From a candidate division FCPU426 bacterium (GTDB lineage: Bacteria > Oederibacteriota > PGYV01 > Palsa-1178): 64,000 nt of DNA. The stretch lies in contig CAWIXE010000002.1 of the NCBI GenBank assembly GCA_963840035.1, forward strand, positions 1,280,001 through 1,344,000. The letters run 5' to 3'. The position numbers were made by a program, and so were the translations under genes. The notes beneath the pieces are model-generated. The model was not told the DNA's origin. It was given only the letters and a program-made list of their open reading frames with translations, and made no database searches. How positions within the stretch are numbered: the first letter of the stretch is position 1; each line of letters begins with the position of its first letter. Below are positions 57,571 to 64,000 of the stretch, piece after piece.

Positions 57571-60500
57571 TTACTTCTGTACAGCGATCTTCCTAGCCAG
57601 TTTCTTCTTTGACCCGCCAAAAACAGCCTCAACCACGCAGATGTAGCCGCCGTTTCCGACAACTTCGCCTTTAGTGTTTTTGCCGTCCCAGTCAAATATG
57701 TTGACCTGGCCGCCAATAGCCCCGGCAGAGCCTGACATGATATCCTTGCTGTAAACCGCATCACCAAACAGCGAATAAATCCTGACCTTAACATCGCTGG
57801 AAGAATCAAGCAAATATGTTATGTGCGTAACCTCAGCCCCGGCCCTGAACGGGTTCGGGTAATTTGAAACCTGGTTTTCAGCCGGTTCCGCAAGTGAAAC
57901 ATTTACCGTCACATACCTGTATGTGCCGTTATACGCGGCCCTTATCAGGCATGATTCATTTGTAAGCCCGCCGTAAAATATTACCGAAGAGTCGCCGCCG
58001 GCGTTTGTCGACGCGCTGGCATTTTTCGTAAGGCCGCTGAATGTGCCGCTTCCTTTTATAACCGAGAAGCTGACATTAACGCCGCTTACAAAATTACCGT
58101 TTCCATCCACAACATTTCCGATGATATCATCGGCGGCATTTGCCCTTATATTCGGCCTGGACGCCCTTGCCGTAAATGTCACGGCATTCGGGTTTGCGCC
58201 GACTATAATGACCGGACACGGCGCTATATTATAAGATGGTAAAAGCGGTACCGAGCCCGTAACTTTAAGCCTCATGCTTCCGGAGGAGGTATACTGCATA
58301 TCGGCAATTTCCAGTTCCCCATTTACGACATTACCGCCCGGGAACGCTATCCCGGTCGAGTATAATAATGAGCCTGGCGCGTTCACGCTGGAATCAACTG
58401 GCACGGTCAGCGCCGGCGTCAGGTTAAAACTGTCATTTGAAGAGTATACCGGGTTATTTGAAACAGTGTCATTGACCTGCACTCGCACCCTAAATGTGGC
58501 GGGCGCCGCAAGGACATTGACAGTTTCAAGGCCGGTGAGCCTTCCGACCCATTCATTTTTGGATGTATCCCATACCTGAATGGCATAATATTTCTGATCT
58601 CCTACTATGGTCTTGATTGTGGCCGCCGTTGACTTAAGCGGATTGGAAGACGCGGTATCCGCAACATTCAATCCGACAGCCGTATAATATGTCACCAGGA
58701 AATTAGCCTGGAAATAGGCCGTACCTGTCGCCGGATTTATGGATACCAATTTCGGGTATGTAGGGCCGGTATTGTCCTCAGGTATTGATCCGTCATTTAC
58801 CCCTCCCGCGTAAAAACTTAATATCGCGCTTGAGCCCAAAGTAAAATTACCGAATTTATCGCAAGCCTGCGCTGATACCGGGAATGGCGCTCCATTGGTC
58901 TGGGTCCTTGCCACTCCGGAAATTCCGTTATACCATGTTGACGGGCCCCTCATGCCGCCTGAACCGCCTATTGGATAAAGCCCGGGCACCAGAACCTGAA
59001 GCCCGTATGAATCTCCAGGTATGGTCGTAAAAGTCATGCCGTTTGCCTGTAAACTAAAGGGTTCAATCGCGGGGCTTGATACATCCGCTTTTACCCACAT
59101 GCCAGGCGCGGCAGTATGGAATATGACATTAGTATGTACCTCACCGTCGGAAGCCGGAATTGTCGTCCTGGTTACAGGCACGCCGTAAATATCATTTGTG
59201 GTCACTGTCAGTGTATATCCGCTTAAGTCAGGGTAAGGCGTCTGAACTTTGTTTCCGTAAAGGTCGCAGGCCATAACCAGGAAGTCAGTCCCTGCGGGGT
59301 TATGGCTAACGTTATCATCGTTCACAGATACCTCAAAAGTCGGGTTAAACGGGCTTAAGTCCGGATTATACATGAGGAATGTGTTGTTATTCGGACCGCT
59401 GTATACGCCGGGGTCCGCATCCATTCCGGAAGCGATTATGAGCAGCCTTTTAAACACATTCGCAACCGTGGCTATGTCCGCGCTCCTGCCGTTTGGCGTT
59501 CCGAAGTTTGCGGTTATATACGCTTCAAACTCACCGCCCTTAAATATCTTTGTGCTGATTGTCGCTTCACCGTTGACAAGCGCGTACGCTGTCGGCGACA
59601 TGGTATTAGCGCCTGTCTGGCATTGAAGCGTTATAGGTTTGCTGAAAGGCTTTCCCACGTTCCAGCCATTATCGTGCACATTATCCCACTCGTCCATGGC
59701 CTTAACCACTATGTTAAACGGCTCGCCCGCGGTTACAGGCGTAACCGGCGCGTCGACGGTAAAATGGTGAAGTGTGTCATTATGATAAACGTGTATAGGG
59801 TCTGTCGTAAAATTATTTGCATAACCGCCGTCAGCCGTAACAGTCCTTAAGCCCGTAGTTCCGACCGTCTTTAAAACCATGTCCGAGAAAATAGCCCCTC
59901 CCGCAGTAAGAGACACGGTCCGGCTCAAGTCTATGCCGCCCAGCGACGCCCTGGGGTCAGATGAAGAAATGGTAACCGAATTTGACCCGAGATTGAAACA
60001 TCTGTTAAAAAACTCGTCAACAATCATTACATTCATGGTTGAGTTTGTGCCGGCCATTACATACTTGGGGTTTTTATTTATGTCATATCCCTTTATGTCG
60101 CTGGCCTGTATTCCGTCAGCGAAAGGCGATATGCCCGGCATGTGCTCCATCCCCTCAAAAATAATAAGGGTGCCTTTGGGCGCCGCCGGCACCAGGTTAA
60201 ATGAATTGCTCGGAATCGGCGTCATGTTGCCAAATGCCACGCTGAAGGTAATCTGCCCGCCCATCCATATCGGGGTGCTCTGGGACGCCCTGTACATGGT
60301 AACTTCAAAAACCGCCAGGCCTTTGGTAAACAACGGCGACTTAACCGGGTAAATACAAGGAAGGTCCGGGTAATTATTTGAAGCCGCAAGATTGACGTCG
60401 AAATTATTAAAACCCATCAGTATCTGGCCGTTTGAATCAACCGCCGTGATGGAAACCATGAACGGCACTCCCGCTGTCTGCGCGCCTATCGGCCCTCCTG

Positions 60501-63156
60501 ACGTGGTTGTTATCATAAAACCATACACGTCAAAGATGGATACCGGCTGGCTTGTGTCAGACGCAATTCCGCTGGCGTTTGTGGAAGCCGTTATGATATA
60601 TGAATTTGACGGCGAACCGCATTTTATCGTAAACGTCCTTGTCCCTGACGAGAGGTTTCTCGTCGTTGGAAGTGACCCTGTGCCGTCGATATTGGAATTT
60701 CCGTTATTTGAAGTGGTTACCGTGAACTGCTGTGTCGCTGTAGTCACGACGTTATAATAATCATCGCACATATTTACCCTGACAGTAAAATTCTGGCTTA
60801 TGCCCTGCCCTGTCGGGGTGCCGGTCTCGCCCAGCGTGGTTCCCGGCCTTGCTGTAACTCCCGGTACTATGACCTGGAACTTTTTAGGGGTGGAGCCGGC
60901 CGTAACCGTGACAAAACTGCTGAAACCCACATGGCCCGTAAACGAGACCATGTTCGGCGTATCGTTAAAGCTATCGCTTACAAAAAGCTGCGCTGTCTGC
61001 GTGCCCGCCCTGTAAAAACGGGCTATCAAATCCGCCCTTTCACCCTGCGCCGTGAATGTGACAGCCCATTTGTATGAATACTGCCCGGTGGTGTCCTGAA
61101 CGCTCGCGGTGGATGTAACGTCAATGGTCGACGCGTTAGGCAGCGTGTAATCAAGGTTGCTTGAAACATACACCACACCCGTATAATCGGTCTTCACATT
61201 GCCAAACTGGTCCCTGGCCCTGATTACGGGATTAAATGAAGCGCCCGCGGCCCTGGAAGACGGCATGCCGCCTATCTCAAAATACGCGACATTTCCCGCG
61301 CTTACAGATATGGTGTCAGTATAATCATTTGAATTGCCTGAAACTATGCCGGGATTAGTGGAATCAGCGGCTGAAATAGTCCGCGTGCCCACGCCGACCG
61401 AAAAAGTCCTGAAAATAAAGTGACACTGGGATTTACCTTCGGCAAGCGCGATGGTAAACGGGACCGGCGATGAATTGACCGTTGCGCTTAAATCGCTGGA
61501 ATCTATGACCACGTTATCCGTAACCGTATCTATAATATTCCCGAAGTAATCCGTGGCGTATACATCAAACGTAAAATCCTGCCCGACCGTCTGCGCGTCA
61601 GCCCCGGGCACCTTCCCAAAGGTTGTTTTGCTTCCGGCATCGTGGGCATCTCCGGGGGCCAGCAGCAAGATTTTGCTTAATGTACCGGCCAATACGTCAA
61701 AACTGTTTGTCGCGCCTTTTTTATTTGAATCAGAATCATCGGCCACGAGTATGGCCGCGGAAAATACTTTTTTGAAGATATAAAGCCTTATGCTGGCTAT
61801 GCCGCTTATACCGTTAAACGTACCGCCTGAGAAATCCCACTTATCCGTACTAAGCAAAGTTCCTCCGGGATAACCGCCCGTATACACGGAAACATCCACG
61901 GGCCCCGCATACGACGTAACCGTATTTTCATATAAATCCCTCGCGGATACTAAGGCTGTTATTTCCTGCTCTGTATTCACGGTTGAAATGGTATTTACGA
62001 CCTTGAAGTGGTCAATGGTGCTAAATGTCATCGGCGCGGTATCAATGTCATCTGCGGCAATGGCGGGTACATGGGAAACAGTAATATTTTGAGCGCCTGC
62101 GCCCACGGTCTTTAAAGTTATTGTAGTGGTCGCAACGCCTGATGACAGGGCCACCACAACCGGGGTAAACTGAGGATCTGCCGACGTTATGGAAACATTG
62201 CCTGTTATGGCGGTGTTAGTGTTCCAGTATGCGTCGCAGGCTATGATATTAACGCTAAACGGCGTTCCCGCTGTCCTCTGAGTCATGGCCTCGCTAACTG
62301 ACACCCTTCCGTTGCCGGTGGCTGTGCCGGGCAAATATGTCTGTCCGGGCCCTATAATCAGGAGCCTCGGCGAACTTGCATTAGCGTCAACTGAAAATCC
62401 TCCGGCGGTACTGGGCGATGTTAACGAAAGCGCCGGATACGAACAGTAAAAAGTCACCTTCTGCCCCGCTGCTGTCGCATCATAAAGGACTACGGGCACA
62501 TTAACCGCCACTCCCGCCGTAAATGTCACATTGCCGAGGTTCACGGTTATGTTCTGGCCGCCATACACGGCTGTAAGCGACGCTATACCGTAAAAACTCG
62601 TAACCGCCGCCGCGCCTGAATCCTGCGCGGTAACGCTTATGTTAAAAGATGTCCCCGCTGTTTTATTTGTGGTAAGCGCGCAAAAAGTAAACTGGTTTAT
62701 TTTTTGGGTTGTTATCGTAACAGAACCCGGCTGTATGCCCACTGATGTGGGCAGGTTATTCGCGTATAATCCCACCGCCCCGTTTACTACCGCCGAACTT
62801 ATGGTCGCCTGAATAATTTTCTTTGAGTTTAACACAGGTGTCGCCGATGAATTCGGGCTTGATAAATTAACCGTGGTCGGATCGGGTGAATACGCCACAG
62901 TCTGGCTGGCTGACAAATCAAGATCTGAAGCGCTTGTATTCACAGGTTCATTTGTTAAATCATTAATGGCATAAACAGTCACATTAAATGGCACTCCCGA
63001 GGTCTGCGGATTTGGAGCCCCGCCTTTTACCCCCGCCGGATTCCATGTCTCACCCGGCGCCACAAGCAAGTACCTGGTCGCCCCAAAAGCCGGTATCGCC
63101 AGAATAATAATAAGGAAAATAGAAAAAATGACTTTTTTGGTTATTTTTAAACCCAT
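57571..63156 (-). CDS. Giant (1861 aa) secreted Ig-like repeat protein with invasin-type Big_1 module and T9SS/FlgD-like C-terminal domain
   Basis: Signal peptide; recurrent AGxPFxVxVxAxDxxxN motifs; VVDGNGNFVSGVNVSF; C-terminal NYPNPF...VRIYSLFG...WDGKNTKG.VVGNGGY...KIAVQK. Confidence 0.8.
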   Translation of the reverse strand: MGLKITKKVIFSIFLIIILAIPAFGATRYLLVAPGETWNPAGVKGGAPNPQTSGVPFNVTVYAINDLTNEPVNTSASDLDLSASQTVAYSPDPTTVNLSSPNSSATPVLNSKKIIQATISSAVVNGAVGLYANNLPTSVGIQPGSVTITTQKINQFTFCALTTNKTAGTSFNISVTAQDSGAAAVTSFYGIASLTAVYGGQNITVNLGNVTFTAGVAVNVPVVLYDATAAGQKVTFYCSYPALSLTSPSTAGGFSVDANASSPRLLIIGPGQTYLPGTATGNGRVSVSEAMTQRTAGTPFSVNIIACDAYWNTNTAITGNVSITSADPQFTPVVVALSSGVATTTITLKTVGAGAQNITVSHVPAIAADDIDTAPMTFSTIDHFKVVNTISTVNTEQEITALVSARDLYENTVTSYAGPVDVSVYTGGYPGGTLLSTDKWDFSGGTFNGISGIASIRLYIFKKVFSAAILVADDSDSNKKGATNSFDVLAGTLSKILLLAPGDAHDAGSKTTFGKVPGADAQTVGQDFTFDVYATDYFGNIIDTVTDNVVIDSSDLSATVNSSPVPFTIALAEGKSQCHFIFRTFSVGVGTRTISAADSTNPGIVSGNSNDYTDTISVSAGNVAYFEIGGMPSSRAAGASFNPVIRARDQFGNVKTDYTGVVYVSSNLDYTLPNASTIDVTSTASVQDTTGQYSYKWAVTFTAQGERADLIARFYRAGTQTAQLFVSDSFNDTPNMVSFTGHVGFSSFVTVTAGSTPKKFQVIVPGVTARPGTTLGETGTPTGQGISQNFTVRVNMCDDYYNVVTTATQQFTVTTSNNGNSNIDGTGSLPTTRNLSSGTRTFTIKCGSPSNSYIITASTNASGIASDTSQPVSIFDVYGFMITTTSGGPIGAQTAGVPFMVSITAVDSNGQILMGFNNFDVNLAASNNYPDLPCIYPVKSPLFTKGLAVFEVTMYRASQSTPIWMGGQITFSVAFGNMTPIPSNSFNLVPAAPKGTLIIFEGMEHMPGISPFADGIQASDIKGYDINKNPKYVMAGTNSTMNVMIVDEFFNRCFNLGSNSVTISSSDPRASLGGIDLSRTVSLTAGGAIFSDMVLKTVGTTGLRTVTADGGYANNFTTDPIHVYHNDTLHHFTVDAPVTPVTAGEPFNIVVKAMDEWDNVHDNGWNVGKPFSKPITLQCQTGANTMSPTAYALVNGEATISTKIFKGGEFEAYITANFGTPNGRSADIATVANVFKRLLIIASGMDADPGVYSGPNNNTFLMYNPDLSPFNPTFEVSVNDDNVSHNPAGTDFLVMACDLYGNKVQTPYPDLSGYTLTVTTNDIYGVPVTRTTIPASDGEVHTNVIFHTAAPGMWVKADVSSPAIEPFSLQANGMTFTTIPGDSYGLQVLVPGLYPIGGSGGMRGPSTWYNGISGVARTQTNGAPFPVSAQACDKFGNFTLGSSAILSFYAGGVNDGSIPEDNTGPTYPKLVSINPATGTAYFQANFLVTYYTAVGLNVADTASSNPLKSTAATIKTIVGDQKYYAIQVWDTSKNEWVGRLTGLETVNVLAAPATFRVRVQVNDTVSNNPVYSSNDSFNLTPALTVPVDSSVNAPGSLLYSTGIAFPGGNVVNGELEIADMQYTSSGSMRLKVTGSVPLLPSYNIAPCPVIIVGANPNAVTFTARASRPNIRANAADDIIGNVVDGNGNFVSGVNVSFSVIKGSGTFSGLTKNASASTNAGGDSSVIFYGGLTNESCLIRAAYNGTYRYVTVNVSLAEPAENQVSNYPNPFRAGAEVTHITYLLDSSSDVKVRIYSLFGDAVYSKDIMSGSAGAIGGQVNIFDWDGKNTKGEVVGNGGYICVVEAVFGGSKKKLARKIAVQK

Positions 63157-63203
63157 AATGAAAACCTCCCGCCATTATTTGAAGTTATTACAATACCCTA
63201 TAT

Positions 63204-63232
63204 ATAATAATAGAATTATGCCATTAAATCAA
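63204..63232 (-). promoter_or_regulatory. Putative sigma70 promoter of the giant-protein/PorV/Ton operon
   Basis: TTGATT-17-TATTAT on the minus strand. Confidence 0.4.
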
Positions 63233-63300
63233 GTGATTTTTTAGAGCAATTTTGCAGGTTATGGAAAACCGTTTGAAAAAAGCCTTTAATATATGGGTGT

Positions 63301-64000
63301 TTATTCAGCCGGTAAAATAAAGCTGAATATATTGCCATTATCGTCTGTTTTTGACTGTTCTATCCACACCATGCCATGGTGCGCTTCCACAATTGCCTTT
63401 GTCAGGGTTAACCCCATACCCAGACCCTTTGCGGACTTGCTTGTTTCAAAATCATCGCCATATTTGGCCACGTTATGGAATTGCCTGAAAATCTCGCGCC
63501 TGTCCATACCGGCAATCGGATTTCCGGTATCATATACGGATACCTTTATGAATTCATTTTCATTATATATGAATTTTCTGATGGAAATCTCTATGGCTGC
63601 TTTTACCGGCCCGAATTTGGATGCATTGTCCACAAGGTGAAATATCACCCTAATTATTTTTTTTATATCGCAGCTTATCTCGCCGATATCATCAAATATC
63701 TTGATGCTTAATTCCTGCCTTTTTTGCTTTAACTGTTCCTGAAGGCTGTCTACGGACTTTTCTATGATTTCCATTACCCGGTGTTTTCTGACACACAACG
63801 GTTCCCCCGCTTCCTCAAGGGAATAGAGCATTATGAGGTCATCTGTAAGGTCTTTGAGCCTTTTGCTGTTTTTTGCTATGTTCCTGATAACATCAAGCTG
63901 CCTCGGCGGGATTTCGCCAAACTCTTTTTTCATCAGAAGGGTTATATAACCGGCCACCGGTGTTAAAGGCGTGCGTAATTCATGGGAAAGCAGGTTTAAA
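63301..64000 (-). CDS. Sensor histidine kinase, C-terminal HisKA/HATPase part (5' end outside window)
   Basis: Window edge reads LNLLSHELRTPLTPVAGY; HLVDNASKF, VYDTGNPI, GLGMGLTLTKAIVEAHHG. Confidence 0.9.
   Translation of the reverse strand, partial: LNLLSHELRTPLTPVAGYITLLMKKEFGEIPPRQLDVIRNIAKNSKRLKDLTDDLIMLYSLEEAGEPLCVRKHRVMEIIEKSVDSLQEQLKQKRQELSIKIFDDIGEISCDIKKIIRVIFHLVDNASKFGPVKAAIEISIRKFIYNENEFIKVSVYDTGNPIAGMDRREIFRQFHNVAKYGDDFETSKSAKGLGMGLTLTKAIVEAHHGMVWIEQSKTDDNGNIFSFILPAE

Noticed and set aside
63208..63224. Sigma54 promoter (TGGCA...) upstream of the giant gene
   Set aside because: The -12 TGC element is absent at the required spacing.
1..64000. rRNA, tRNA, known riboswitches, integrase, transposase or prophage genes
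   Set aside because: None recognised by eye; a covariance-model scan was not possible.

Overview
Gene-dense bacterial chromosomal window, mostly on the minus strand, from a diderm (LPS-producing) organism. Thr-rich secreted glycoside hydrolases with (Y/F)PNP C-terminal domains suggest a Ca. Goldbacteria/Elusimicrobiota-like lineage; this is inference only. Contents: the end of a glycerol catabolism operon (glpK, two flavoproteins, DUF1667-like); a long envelope operon (Zn-ribbon, kdsD, kdsC, lpxL, lptC/A/B, TPR-SpoIID, manA, M16 peptidase, PAP2, YfhO); several glycosyltransferases; a single-chain UvrD helicase-nuclease; a GH26 + GH44 pair; lptFG; ftsEX-envC; a beta-CASP nuclease; pfkA; and a partial histidine kinase. 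The standout is a ~14 kb operon (49528-63156) joining a giant Ig-repeat protein with a T9SS/FlgD-like C-terminal domain, a PorV-like barrel, a 1037-aa TPR lipoprotein, ExbB, two ExbD, TonB, and a periplasmic protein with a TonB-box-like motif. It is a candidate Ton-motor-driven, T9SS-like secretion or surface-display system, with further candidate cargo (GH26, GH44) in the same window. Non-coding DNA is rich in GTAG-type REP palindromes, two of which sit in frame inside flavoprotein genes, and in inverted 6/7-mer tandem arrays that often start at stop codons. Also found: an unannotated 55-aa lipoprotein and a HEAT-repeat lipoprotein gene broken by one extra base at its lipobox. No rRNA, tRNA, CRISPR array or transposase gene was recognised. 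All family calls are by eye from motifs, with no database searches.
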